Part shown: one piece after another, positions 29,384 to 38,926 of the stretch
How the letters are laid out: each line of letters starts with the position of its first letter
Position numbering within the stretch: position 1 is the stretch's first letter
Assembly (NCBI GenBank): GCA_037200385.1
Contig: JBBCGL010000001.1
Coordinates: forward strand, 2,369,418 to 2,433,417
Source: Rhizomicrobium sp.
GTDB taxonomy: Bacteria; Pseudomonadota; Alphaproteobacteria; Micropepsales; Micropepsaceae
Length of the DNA: 64,000 nt
Direction of reading: 5' to 3'
The notes under the pieces: generated by a model
Told to the model about the DNA's origin: nothing
What the model saw: only the letters and a program-made list of their open reading frames with translations
Databases searched by the model: none
Translations under genes and position numbers: made by a program

Positions 29384-30772
29384 TCAGCCGGGCGTCTTGG
29401 AGTAGCTCTTGGTCCGCATCGTCACCAGTTCCTCGGCGGCGCTGGGATGCAGCGCGATGGTCGAGTCGAACTGGGCCTTGGTCGCACCCATCTTGAGGCA
29501 GACGGCGACGATCTGGATGATCTCGGCGGCGTGATCGCCGAAGATGTGGCAGCCCAGCACCTTGTCGGTCTTGCTGTCGACGATCAGCTTGAAGGTGCTG
29601 CGCGCCTCGCGGCCGCTGAGCGTGTGCTTCAGCGGGCGGAAGACCGATTTGTAGACGTCGATGCTGTGGCCCAGGCCCAGCGCCTTCGTCTCGTTCATGC
29701 CGACGGTACCGATCTCCGGCGTGGTGAAGACGGCGGTCGGGATGTCCGCGTGGTCGACCGGCGTCGGGATGCCCTGGAAAGCCGTCTTCACGAAGCACAT
29801 CGCGTCGTGGATCGCCACCGGCGTGAGCTGGAGCCGGTCGGTGACGTCGCCGATGGCGTAGATGTGCTCGACATTGGTCCGCGAATAGCGGTCGACCAGC
29901 ACCTCGCCGCGCTTGCCGAGTTCGACGCCGGCCTTGTCGACATGCAGCGCCTCGGTGTTGGGGGCGCGGCCGATGGCGAGCATGATCTGGTCGCACTCGA
30001 TCACGTCGCCCTTGTTGGTCTCGGCGTGGAGGCAGTCGCCGCGCTTCTCGATCTTGGTGAATTCGCAGCCCACCGAGACATGCAGGCCGAGCTTGGCCAT
30101 GTTCTCGTGCAGCGCGTCGCGGATGTCCTCGTCGAAGCCGCGCAGCACCTTCTCGCCGCGATAGAGCAGCGAGACCTTCGCACCCAGGCCGTGGAAGATA
30201 TGCGCAAATTCCAGCGCGATGTAGCCGCCGCCGGCGATCAGGATGCGCTTGGGCAGCTTTTCGAGATGAAACGCCTCGTTCGACGTGATGCAGAGATTTG
30301 CGCCGGGAATGAGATGGCTGGTGCCGAGCTCGCGGGTCGGACGGTTGCCGGTGGCGATCAGGATGGTCTCCGCCGTGACCGTGCGGTCCTCGTTCAGCAG
30401 GCGCAGCGTGTGCGGTCCCTCGAACGCGGCGCGGTCGGAGAATATCTTCACGCCTGCGGCGAGGACGTTCTTGGTATAGAGCCCTTCGAGCCGCGCGATC
30501 TCCTCGTCCTTGTTGGCGACCAGGGTTGGCCAGTCGAATTCCGGCTTGCCGACGGTCCAGCCGAAGCCCTTGGCATCCTCGAAGCTTTCGGCGAATTCGG
30601 CGGCGTAGACGAACAGCTTCTTGGGGATGCAACCGCGGATCACGCAGGTGCCGCCCATCCGCGATTCCTCCGCCAGCGCGACGCGGGCGCCGGCCTGGGC
30701 TGCCATGCGGCTCGCCCGCACCCCGCCCGAGCCCCCGCCGATGACGAAAAGGTCGTAATCGTACTGGGCCAT
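29384..30772 (-). CDS. gor: Glutathione-disulfide reductase
   Basis: YDLFVIGGGSGG, GGTCVIRGCIPKK, GGGYIALE, HPSAAEE. Confidence 0.96.
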   Translation of the reverse strand: MAQYDYDLFVIGGGSGGVRASRMAAQAGARVALAEESRMGGTCVIRGCIPKKLFVYAAEFAESFEDAKGFGWTVGKPEFDWPTLVANKDEEIARLEGLYTKNVLAAGVKIFSDRAAFEGPHTLRLLNEDRTVTAETILIATGNRPTRELGTSHLIPGANLCITSNEAFHLEKLPKRILIAGGGYIALEFAHIFHGLGAKVSLLYRGEKVLRGFDEDIRDALHENMAKLGLHVSVGCEFTKIEKRGDCLHAETNKGDVIECDQIMLAIGRAPNTEALHVDKAGVELGKRGEVLVDRYSRTNVEHIYAIGDVTDRLQLTPVAIHDAMCFVKTAFQGIPTPVDHADIPTAVFTTPEIGTVGMNETKALGLGHSIDVYKSVFRPLKHTLSGREARSTFKLIVDSKTDKVLGCHIFGDHAAEIIQIVAVCLKMGATKAQFDSTIALHPSAAEELVTMRTKSYSKTPG

Positions 30773-30850
30773 GGGATGCGCTTTCGTGGGACTTGCCAGC
30801 CGTCGCATAGACGAGCTTTGATCTCCGCACAATGTAGGGGCTGAACCGGC

Positions 30851-32056
30851 ATGCGACAGGGGCGGACGGGCATGCGCTGCGCAGCCCTGCTATGCGCCGC
30901 GCTGGCGACGGCGGCCTGCACGCTGTCGGATTCGCTGCGGCATGACGACATCCGGTCGCTTTGGGCCCAGCCGGGAAATGCGGTGGTCGAGCAGACCGTG
31001 ATCTTCGCCACCGACCGCGAGCCGGACGGCAGCGCGCTGGGCTATGGCCTGCACTGGAGCGCGGCAGCGCATTGCGGGACGGCAAGGCTGTCGATCCCCA
31101 GCGCTTTCGCGCCCCGCGCCATGCCTCACTGGCCGGCAGCCGAGCGCACCGGCGACTTCAAATGCGACGGCCGGACCGATATGGGCGCGTTCGCGCAGGC
31201 GGTGGCCGATGCGGCGAAGGCGCGGCATTGCGACCGGGTGCTGTTGTTCGTCCATGGCTACAACCAGACCTTCCAGTCGGCGCTGATGCGCGCGGGTCAG
31301 CTCGCGACCGACACGCAATGGCGCTGCGCCACCGCCTTGTTCAGTTGGAGCAGCGAAGGCAAATACGACCGCTATGCCGCCGACATCGAACGCAGCGGTT
31401 ATGCCGTGCCGCTGCTGATCGACGCGCTGCGCGCGCTGGCCGCTGCCGGGCTGAAGGTCGACATCGTGGCGCACAGCATGGGGGCGCGGGTGACGCTGGG
31501 CGCGCTGGCCGCGTTGTGCGGACACGGCGCCAGCCCCATTGCGAACGAGCTGATCCTGGCCGCGCCGGATGTCAGCGCCGAGCACGACAATGACGATTTC
31601 GGGCATATGCTGGAGCACAGCGCGGCCTGCGTGCACCGCGCCACGGTCTATGCCTCGGACAACGATCTGATCCTGGTCACCTCCGAGGGCGTGCATGGCG
31701 GGATTCCCCGCGCCGGGCGGGTGCCCGAACGCGACCTGCAATATCCGGCGGCCGGCTTTGCCGACAGGATCGACATCGTGGACGCGAGCGCGGCCCCCGG
31801 CGATCCCTTCGGGCATGGGTATTTCGTGCTGTCCTACGAGATGATGGACGACATGATGTGGGTCCTTTCCGGCCTGCCCATCGCGCGGCGGGCGGATCCG
31901 GCGGCCTTGGGCGGACCGACCCTGGCCTGCGCGGCGGCCGGCGACGCCGCCTGCCCCGGCGGACATTGGGTGCTGCGCGTTGCCAAGACGCGTGGGCCGG
32001 ATTTCCAGACGCGGCTGCTGCGGGCGCTATGGCCGCTTATCTTCCGCGTTCAATGA
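30851..32056 (+). CDS. Alpha/beta hydrolase, DUF900-like, probably exported
   Basis: FATDR, LFVHGYN, FSWSS, AHSMG, LAAPD, YASDND. Alternative start at 30872; Cys-containing signal-like N-terminus. Confidence 0.85.
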   Translation: MRQGRTGMRCAALLCAALATAACTLSDSLRHDDIRSLWAQPGNAVVEQTVIFATDREPDGSALGYGLHWSAAAHCGTARLSIPSAFAPRAMPHWPAAERTGDFKCDGRTDMGAFAQAVADAAKARHCDRVLLFVHGYNQTFQSALMRAGQLATDTQWRCATALFSWSSEGKYDRYAADIERSGYAVPLLIDALRALAAAGLKVDIVAHSMGARVTLGALAALCGHGASPIANELILAAPDVSAEHDNDDFGHMLEHSAACVHRATVYASDNDLILVTSEGVHGGIPRAGRVPERDLQYPAAGFADRIDIVDASAAPGDPFGHGYFVLSYEMMDDMMWVLSGLPIARRADPAALGGPTLACAAAGDAACPGGHWVLRVAKTRGPDFQTRLLRALWPLIFRVQ

Positions 32057-32744
32057 TCTCCACTTCGCCCGGATGGGCGATGAGGAGCGTCGTCGCGATG
32101 CCCGTGAACAGGCCGTGCTCGACCACGCCGGCGATCTCGGCGACGGCCTGTGCCAGTTTCGGCGCCGAGGTGATGGCCCCGAAGGCGCAATCATAGATCA
32201 CATTGCCGGAATCGCTGCGCACCGTGGCGCCATCGCGGCTGCGCAGGGTGATGCTGATCGTGCCATAGCCGAGCGCCGCCGCGGCCGCCGCCAGCCGCGC
32301 CGCCGTCGTCTTGTGGCCGAACTCGAGGACTTCGACGGGCAGCGGGAATCTGCCCAGGCGCGCCACCAGCTTGCTTTCATCGGCGATGACGATCATCCGC
32401 CTGGCCGAGACCGCGACGATCTTCTCGCGCAGCAGAGCGCCGCCGCCGCCTTTGATCAGCGTCAGCTCGCGGTCGACCTCGTCGGCGCCGTCGATCGCGA
32501 GATCCAGCGGCGCCAGATCATCCAGCGGGGCGAGCGAGATGCCCAGCGCGCGCGCCTTCGTCGCCGTCTTCTCGGAGGTCGCGACGCCCAGCACATTGAG
32601 GCCGCCCCGCAGGCGCGGTGCGAGGAGGTCGAGGAATATCTCCGCGGTCGAGCCGGTGCCGAGACCCAGCTTCATGCCGTCCTGGATGTAGTCGAGAGCC
32701 TTGGCGGCCGCGGCACGCTTGAGAGCGTTCAGGTCGGTGGTCAT
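32037..32744 (-). CDS. rpiA: Ribose-5-phosphate isomerase A
   Basis: GLGTGST, DGADE, KGGGGALLREK, GVVEHGLF. Confidence 0.97.
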   Translation of the reverse strand: MTTDLNALKRAAAAKALDYIQDGMKLGLGTGSTAEIFLDLLAPRLRGGLNVLGVATSEKTATKARALGISLAPLDDLAPLDLAIDGADEVDRELTLIKGGGGALLREKIVAVSARRMIVIADESKLVARLGRFPLPVEVLEFGHKTTAARLAAAAAALGYGTISITLRSRDGATVRSDSGNVIYDCAFGAITSAPKLAQAVAEIAGVVEHGLFTGIATTLLIAHPGEVEIIERGR

Positions 32745-33877
32745 GGCGCGAGCCTAGCAGGCGGCGTCCGGGCCGTCACAAGCGGCGCATGTGGATAGAG
32801 CGCGCTGATGCGGCGGGCCAGGGCAGGCCTTTCGATGGCGAACCAGGACAGGATCGCCAGGGCGACGGAGAGGCCGGCCGCCGCAAGGACGCCGGTAAGA
32901 CCGACGAAACCGTTGGCGAGCAGCGCATTGCCGACCGGCAGATGGACCAGATAAAGCCCGTAGGAGATGTCGTTGCGGCGCAGCAGCCGCGTCGCCAGCC
33001 AGGGCCTGGTATAGGCCGCCGACAGCGTCAGCATCGCCAGCACCGCGAAATTCGCCAGCCCGACGAACCGGCTGCCGCTCATCAGGATCGGCGGAATGCG
33101 CCAGCGCAGGCAGAGGACCATCAACACGAGGCATAACGCCGCCCACAACCAAACCCGGCCGCGCAGCAGCGGCATCAGGACCGTCAGGTTGCGCCGCGCC
33201 GCGATCCCGCAGCAGAACATGCCGAACCAGGGCAGCGGGGTGAGGCTGAGCAGCTTGAACGGCAGGCCGTTTCCCAGGATGCGATGGTCCAGGTAATCGA
33301 CCGCAAAGGACAGCACGATGGCGGTGCCCAGGACCGTCGCGGCGCGCCCCGACCTGCGCATCAGCCAATAGAGGATCGGTGTGGCAATGTAGAACGCGAC
33401 CTCGATCGGAATGGTCCAGAGCGAGCCATTGGCGACGCCGTCGCCGTAGTGGCGCAGAAAACGCGGATTCCAGTCGCAGAGCAGCACAAGCTGCGCGCCG
33501 AGCCACAGGACCAGCCGGCCGCCGTCGCGCGCCAGCGGCAGATGCGCAAAGGCGAGGATGCAGGCAAGTGTGAACAGCGTGACCGCCAGGTAGGCGGGCG
33601 CGAGACGCAGCAGCCGGTTGCGCGCGAAAGCAGAAGGATCGGGATTGCGTTCCCAGGAGGCTGAGATCAGAAAACCGCTGATGAAGAAAAATACCGGCAC
33701 GCCTGGCGCCTGGCGCAGAAGATGAATGAACAGCGGTTCGGTGGAAAAGAACTGGTCCCAGAGATGGACGATCAGAACCTGCGCCGCGGCGGCGAGACGC
33801 AGCAGATCGAAATTGTTGGGCAGCAAGGCGAGTGCCGCCGGCGCGTCCTCCGTTCCTGCGTCGCGAACCATCCCCAT
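32741..33877 (-). CDS. Acyltransferase family 3 (OafA-like) membrane protein
   Basis: NNFDLLRLAAA, FFFISGFLI, RNRLLRLAP, NGSLWTIPIE, SYGLYLVH, IERP. Confidence 0.9.
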   Translation of the reverse strand: MGMVRDAGTEDAPAALALLPNNFDLLRLAAAAQVLIVHLWDQFFSTEPLFIHLLRQAPGVPVFFFISGFLISASWERNPDPSAFARNRLLRLAPAYLAVTLFTLACILAFAHLPLARDGGRLVLWLGAQLVLLCDWNPRFLRHYGDGVANGSLWTIPIEVAFYIATPILYWLMRRSGRAATVLGTAIVLSFAVDYLDHRILGNGLPFKLLSLTPLPWFGMFCCGIAARRNLTVLMPLLRGRVWLWAALCLVLMVLCLRWRIPPILMSGSRFVGLANFAVLAMLTLSAAYTRPWLATRLLRRNDISYGLYLVHLPVGNALLANGFVGLTGVLAAAGLSVALAILSWFAIERPALARRISALYPHAPLVTARTPPARLAP

Positions 33878-33957
33878 CACGGCTATTCTGCCGCAAAATC
33901 GGCGCGCCGCAACGGCGCACAACGACGATAATGGGCCGACGCGGTATCGGTGATGCG

Positions 33958-34461
33958 ATGCGAGGACATGCGATCTTTCTCAGTGGGCCGATCGGTACCG
34001 GCAAGACGACGCTGGGCCGGGCTCTGGCGGAACGGCTGGGCGGTGAGTTCATCGACGGCGATGGATATACGGATCAGACGCGGCCGTGGTACTGCTCCAT
34101 CAAGCGGACGAGCGAAGCGATCGTCGCAAACGGCCTGTCGGCGCTGGAGACGGTCCCGGCCGTGGTCGTTGCCTATCCGCTGGGCTGCATGAACTGGATC
34201 TATTTCCGGCGCAAATTCGGCGATGCCGGCGCGACACCGCTGTTCGTATCGCTGCGGGCCTCCTATGAGAGCATCACAAATCCGGCGCGCGGTCGCGTCT
34301 TCGCACCGTGGGAGCACAACCGCATCCGGGAGATGATCGGCGAAGGCTATGGCGCCAGGCCGTTCAGCGACTTCGTCTTCGACACGGACGCTGGCCCGTT
34401 CGACGAGACCGCCACCCGGTTGACCCAGGCCGTGCGGGCTCGGCTGGCTATTCGACCGTGA
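33958..34461 (+). CDS. P-loop kinase (shikimate/gluconate kinase-like)
   Basis: IFLSGPIGTGKTTLGRALAERLG...FIDGD. Confidence 0.75.
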   Translation: MRGHAIFLSGPIGTGKTTLGRALAERLGGEFIDGDGYTDQTRPWYCSIKRTSEAIVANGLSALETVPAVVVAYPLGCMNWIYFRRKFGDAGATPLFVSLRASYESITNPARGRVFAPWEHNRIREMIGEGYGARPFSDFVFDTDAGPFDETATRLTQAVRARLAIRP

Positions 34462-36277
34462 CGCTCTTGGCAAGGTTGCGCGGCTGGTCGACGTCGGTGC
34501 CCTTGGCGATGGCGGCGTAATAGGCCAGCAGCTGCACCGGGATCGAATAGAGGATCGGCGCGATCAGGGGATCGGCATCCGGCACCTCGATGGCGTGCCA
34601 CAGCTTGTCGCCGGCTTTGCGGATACCCTCGGCGTCGGAGATCAGCATCACCTTGCCGCCGCGCGCCATCGACTCCTGCATGTTGGAGATCGTCTTCTCG
34701 TAGACCGCGTCATGCGGCGCGATGACGATGATTGGGACGTTCTCGTCGATCAGCGCGATCGGCCCGTGCTTCATCTCGCCCGCGGCATAACCTTCGGCGT
34801 GGACATAGGAGATTTCCTTGAGCTTCAGAGCCCCCTCGAGCGCGATGGGAAAGGACGGACCGCGGCCCAGATAAAGCACGTCGCGGGCCTTGGCGATTTC
34901 CTGCCCGAGCTCCTCGAATTTCGGCTCCTGCTTGAGGAATTCGACGATATGACGCGGGGTTTCGAGCAAAGCGGCGCAGAGCCGCGCTTCTTCCTCCGCC
35001 GAGAGCATGCCGCGCGCCCGGCCGGCCGCGATGGCGAGCGCCGCCAGGGCGGAAAGCTGACAGGTAAAGGCCTTGGTCGAAGCGACGCCGATCTCCGGAC
35101 CTGCGAAGGTCGGCACCACGATATCGGCCTCGCGCGCGATGGAGCTCTCGACGACATTGACCATGGCGAGCGTGACCTGGCCGTGTTCCTTCGCATGCCG
35201 CTGCGCCGCCAGGGTGTCGGCGGTCTCGCCCGATTGCGAGATGAAGAGCGCCGCGCCGCCCTCGGCATAGACCGGATCGCGGTAGCGCAGCTCGGACGCG
35301 ACATCGACCTCGACCGGCATGCGGGCGTATTTCTCGAACCAGTATTTGCCGACCAGGGCGGCATAGTAGGAGGTGCCGCAGGCCGAGATCAGCAGGCGCG
35401 GCGCCGAGGCCAGCGCATGCGCGAGGCCGTGTTCGTGCAGCGCCACGTTCGGACCGACCGCATCGATGTAATGCGACAGCGTGTGGCCGATGACTTCGGG
35501 CTGCTCGGCGATCTCCTTGGCCATGAAGTGACGCTTGCCGCCCTTGTCGACGATCGCCGCTGAAGCGCTGGTGACCTTGACTTCCCGGTTGGCGGGACGG
35601 CCCTGCTCGTCGAAAATCGAAATCTGCGGGCCGTCGACCACCACAACGTCGCCATCCTCCAGATACGAAACCCTGTTCGTGAAGGGCGCCAGGGCGAAGG
35701 CGTCGGAGCCCAGATAGCCTTCGGTCTCGCCATAGCCGACGGCGAGCGGCGCGCCCTTGCGGGCGCCGATCAGGAGCCCTTCGTGCTCGTTGAAGATCAT
35801 CGCGAGCGAATAGGCGCCGGTGAGACGGCGCACCGCGGTGATCGCGGCCTCCTTCGGACTCATGCCCTGGTCGAGATAGTCGGTCACCAGGTGCACGGCG
35901 ACCTCGGAGTCCGTCTCAGACTGGAATGCGTGGCCCTTGGCGACCAGCTCTTCGCGCAATTCGCGGAAGTTCTCGATGATGCCGTTGTGGACGATGGCGA
36001 CCTTGGACGATGCATGCGGATGGGCGTTCACCTCGGTCGGCGCGCCATGCGTGGCCCAGCGGGTGTGGCCGATGCCGGTGTGGCCGGCGAGCGGGCTGCC
36101 CTGCAGCACCTCGCCCAGCTTGCCGAGCTTGCCGGGCGAGCGGCGGCGCGAGATCTGTCCGCCGACCAGCGTGGCGATGCCCGCGGAGTCGTAGCCGCGA
36201 TATTCCAGGCGCCGGAGCGCGTCGAGGATGACCGGCGCCACGTCGCGCGTGCCCGCGATGCCAACGATGCCGCACAT
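34448..36277 (-). CDS. glmS: Glutamine-fructose-6-phosphate transaminase
   Basis: MCGIVG, EYRGYDSAG, HTRWATHG, SQSGETADT, KHGPIAL, PRNLAKSVTVE. Confidence 0.98.
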   Translation of the reverse strand: MCGIVGIAGTRDVAPVILDALRRLEYRGYDSAGIATLVGGQISRRRSPGKLGKLGEVLQGSPLAGHTGIGHTRWATHGAPTEVNAHPHASSKVAIVHNGIIENFRELREELVAKGHAFQSETDSEVAVHLVTDYLDQGMSPKEAAITAVRRLTGAYSLAMIFNEHEGLLIGARKGAPLAVGYGETEGYLGSDAFALAPFTNRVSYLEDGDVVVVDGPQISIFDEQGRPANREVKVTSASAAIVDKGGKRHFMAKEIAEQPEVIGHTLSHYIDAVGPNVALHEHGLAHALASAPRLLISACGTSYYAALVGKYWFEKYARMPVEVDVASELRYRDPVYAEGGAALFISQSGETADTLAAQRHAKEHGQVTLAMVNVVESSIAREADIVVPTFAGPEIGVASTKAFTCQLSALAALAIAAGRARGMLSAEEEARLCAALLETPRHIVEFLKQEPKFEELGQEIAKARDVLYLGRGPSFPIALEGALKLKEISYVHAEGYAAGEMKHGPIALIDENVPIIVIAPHDAVYEKTISNMQESMARGGKVMLISDAEGIRKAGDKLWHAIEVPDADPLIAPILYSIPVQLLAYYAAIAKGTDVDQPRNLAKSVTVE

Positions 36278-36296
36278 ATTCAAATCCTTTCGTCGG

Positions 36297-36368
36297 CTGT
36301 CATTTCCGCGAAGGCGGGAATCCGGTGTCGCCCGCCCCACTGGATGCCCGCCTTCGCGGGCATGACAG
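36297..36368. repeat. Palindromic element, TGTCAT...ATGACA family
   Basis: ctgtcatttccgcgaaggcgggaatcc...ggatgcccgccttcgcgggcatgacag between glmU and glmS. Confidence 0.85.
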
Positions 36369-36428
36369 GTTTGTTTGCTCACAAGACACGTTCATCGCCG
36401 GTCCACCCTGAACAAGAACTGAACGCGG

Positions 36429-37769
36429 CTATTTCTTCTTCGCGGCCTTTTCGGCCATCTTGCGGGTGCGGAATTTCTCCGCCCAGCCGGGAATGTCTTT
36501 CTGCTCGGCGCGGGTGACGGCGAGACTGTCCTTCGCCACGGCCCTGGTGACCACCGAACCGGCGCCGACATAGGCGCCGTCGGCCACCGTCACCGGCGCG
36601 ACCAGCGCGCTGTTCGAACCGATGAAGGCCCCGGCGCCGATGTCGGTGTGGTGCTTGTCGAAGCCGTCGTAGTTGCAGGTGATGGTGCCGGCGCCGATAT
36701 TCGCGCCCGCACCGACCCGCGCATCGCCCAGATAGCTCAGATGGTTCGCCTTGGCGCCTTTTTCGATGCGGGCGTTCTTCACCTCGACGAAATTGCCGAC
36801 ATGGACGTCTTCCTCCAGTACCGCGCCGGGGCGCAGCCGCGCATAAGGACCGACCACCGCGCCGGCGCCGACGACGGCGCCTTCGAGATGGGAATGGGAC
36901 TTGATCTGCGCGCCGCTCCTCACCGTGACGCCGGGGCCGAAGACGATATAGGGGCCGACATGGCAGTCGGGCTCGAGCACCGTATCATACGACAGAAACA
37001 CCGTCTCCGGCGCGGTCATGCCGACCCCGGCGTCCAGCGCGCGGGCGCGCAAACGGGCCTGCATCGCCGCTTCGGCCGCCGCGAGCTCGGCCCTGGAGTT
37101 CACGCCCATGGTCTCGGCTTCCGCCACCACCACCACGGCACAGCCCACGCCGTCGGCCCGCGCGATGGTGGGGATGTCGGTGAGGTAGAATTCCTTCTGG
37201 ACGTTGGCGTCCTTCAGCTCCCCGGCCCAGCGGAAGAAACTCTTCGCGTTCGCGGCCATGATGCCGGCGTTGCACAGCGTCACCTTCTGTTCGGCGGCGT
37301 TGGCGTCGCGATACTCCACGATGCGGTCGAGCAGCCCGTCGCCGCGGGTGATGACCCGGCCATACGTCTTGCTCTGGGACTCGAAGGCGACGATCGCCAT
37401 GCCGGTCCTGGCCTGGGCCGCGAAGCTCGCTTCGAAGGTCGCGGCGGTGACGATGGGCATGTCGCCATAGGTGACGACCAGCGTGCCCGCGAAATCCTGC
37501 AAGGCCTCCGCCGCACAGCGCGCGGCGTGGCCGGTACCGAGTTGCTTGTCCTGCACCGCAGTTTCCGCCCCGAGCTTTTCGGCGAACGCCTTCACCTCGG
37601 CGGCGCCGGGCGCGATGACGACGACGATGCGCTCCGCCCCCGCCCCGCGCGCGGCGGCGATGACATGGCCGAGAATGGGAAGGCCGGCGACGGCGTGCAT
37701 GACCTTGGGCGTCGCGGATTTCATCCGCGTGCCCTGACCCGCCGCCAGGATGATGCATGCTCGCGCCAT
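36429..37769 (-). CDS. glmU: Bifunctional UDP-GlcNAc pyrophosphorylase / GlcN-1-P acetyltransferase
   Basis: ILAAGQGTRMKS..PKVMH, LGTGHA, EFYLTD, hexapeptide repeats, GAGTITCNYDG. Confidence 0.97.
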   Translation of the reverse strand: MARACIILAAGQGTRMKSATPKVMHAVAGLPILGHVIAAARGAGAERIVVVIAPGAAEVKAFAEKLGAETAVQDKQLGTGHAARCAAEALQDFAGTLVVTYGDMPIVTAATFEASFAAQARTGMAIVAFESQSKTYGRVITRGDGLLDRIVEYRDANAAEQKVTLCNAGIMAANAKSFFRWAGELKDANVQKEFYLTDIPTIARADGVGCAVVVVAEAETMGVNSRAELAAAEAAMQARLRARALDAGVGMTAPETVFLSYDTVLEPDCHVGPYIVFGPGVTVRSGAQIKSHSHLEGAVVGAGAVVGPYARLRPGAVLEEDVHVGNFVEVKNARIEKGAKANHLSYLGDARVGAGANIGAGTITCNYDGFDKHHTDIGAGAFIGSNSALVAPVTVADGAYVGAGSVVTRAVAKDSLAVTRAEQKDIPGWAEKFRTRKMAEKAAKKK

Positions 37770-37864
37770 GGAGATTCCCTTAAGCCCCCTCAGAAAAAGG
37801 AAGAAATGACGATTTGCGACGCTATATTGCTCCCAGCTTTTGCCGGATTCGTTAATTGCACGCC

Positions 37865-38524
37865 ATGCGCCCTGCCCTGATCTTCGACCTTGACGGAACC
37901 CTGGTGGATACTGCGCCCGACCTGCTGGGCGCCACCAACGCGGTGCTGCGCTCGGAAGGGCGGCGGGAAGTCGATCCCGCCACGCTGCGGCACATGGTGG
38001 GATTCGGGGCGCGCTCGCTGATCCAGCAGGCCATGGCGGCGACGGGGCCGGGCGTCGAGGACGCACGCCTGGCCGAGCTGGTCGACCGCTTCGTGGTGCA
38101 TTACCGCGCCCATATCGCGGACGACAGCCGGCCCTTTCCGGGCGTCAGGGAGACGCTGGCGGATCTGGCGGCGCAGAAGATGCGGTTGGCCGTGCTGACC
38201 AACAAGCCGCAGGAGATGGCAGACCTGCTGCTCAAGGCGCTGAAGCTCGATCGCTTCTTCCCGGTGGTCTATGGGGCGGGACGGATGAGCTATGTGAAGC
38301 CGGATGCGCGGATTTTCCACGACGTGGTGCGCGAGCTGGGCGGCGGGGACGCGGCGATCATGATCGGTGACAGCGTGACCGACGTAGCGACGGCGCGGGC
38401 GGCGAAGGCGCCGGTGATCCTTGTCTCGTACGGCTACACGCCCGAACCGGCGCACACGCTGGGCGGCGATGCGGTGACCGACGATTTCCGGCAGATCCCG
38501 GCGCTGGCGGCCGGCCTCGCTTGA
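37865..38524 (+). CDS. gph: HAD hydrolase, phosphoglycolate phosphatase-like
   Basis: FDLDGTLVDT, LTNK, KPD, MIGDS..D. Confidence 0.88.
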   Translation: MRPALIFDLDGTLVDTAPDLLGATNAVLRSEGRREVDPATLRHMVGFGARSLIQQAMAATGPGVEDARLAELVDRFVVHYRAHIADDSRPFPGVRETLADLAAQKMRLAVLTNKPQEMADLLLKALKLDRFFPVVYGAGRMSYVKPDARIFHDVVRELGGGDAAIMIGDSVTDVATARAAKAPVILVSYGYTPEPAHTLGGDAVTDDFRQIPALAAGLA

Positions 38525-38549
38525 CGGGCCGGGCAGGCTGACCCTATAC
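38521..38549 (+). promoter_or_regulatory. Likely promoter for tRNA-Val
   Basis: TTGACG, 17 nt spacer, CTATAC, 17 nt upstream of the tRNA. Confidence 0.55.
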
Positions 38550-38566
38550 GGCGGGTCCGCCAAGGC

Positions 38567-38641
38567 GGGCGCGTAGCTCAGCGGGAGAGCACTCCCTTCA
38601 CACGGGAGGGGTCACAGGTTCAATCCCTGTCGCGCCCACCA
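38567..38641 (+). tRNA. tRNA-Val (anticodon CAC)
   Basis: GGGCGCG acceptor stem, TAGCTCAG D-arm, ctccc-TTCACAC-gggag anticodon arm, GGTTCAAT T-loop, encoded CCA. Confidence 0.96.
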
Positions 38642-38926
38642 GCCGCCAACGAGTCAAACGGCTATGCATTGTCGATCTCCCGCTGTTCGGCATCTGGCGG
38701 CATAACCGCCTTCTGGCCGTCTCACCGGCCTTTCACAGATCGACGCCGGCGCGCGCGGCCACTCGCGTCCGAGATGGCGCTGCACGCCCTCGCAGGACGT
38801 TCAGAGGCGATCGGCAGGCAGGCCGGAGTGCGCATGCGCATGGAATCACATCTGGCTTCTTTCGCGGCCGCCGAACCGGATATGCTCCGCCGCGCATTCA
38901 AAGCGGCGCTCATTGGCATCGAAGAG

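Noticed and set aside
36278-36428. glmS ribozyme upstream of glmS
   Set aside because: The region is occupied by a TGTCAT-family palindrome, and that ribozyme is mainly a Gram-positive feature; no supporting motif was seen.
38642-38926. Possible integrase remnant or small ORF (MRMESHLASF...) next to the tRNA
   Set aside because: No R-H-R-Y tyrosine recombinase motifs were visible; the ORF runs antisense into the FISUMP gene without its own stop.
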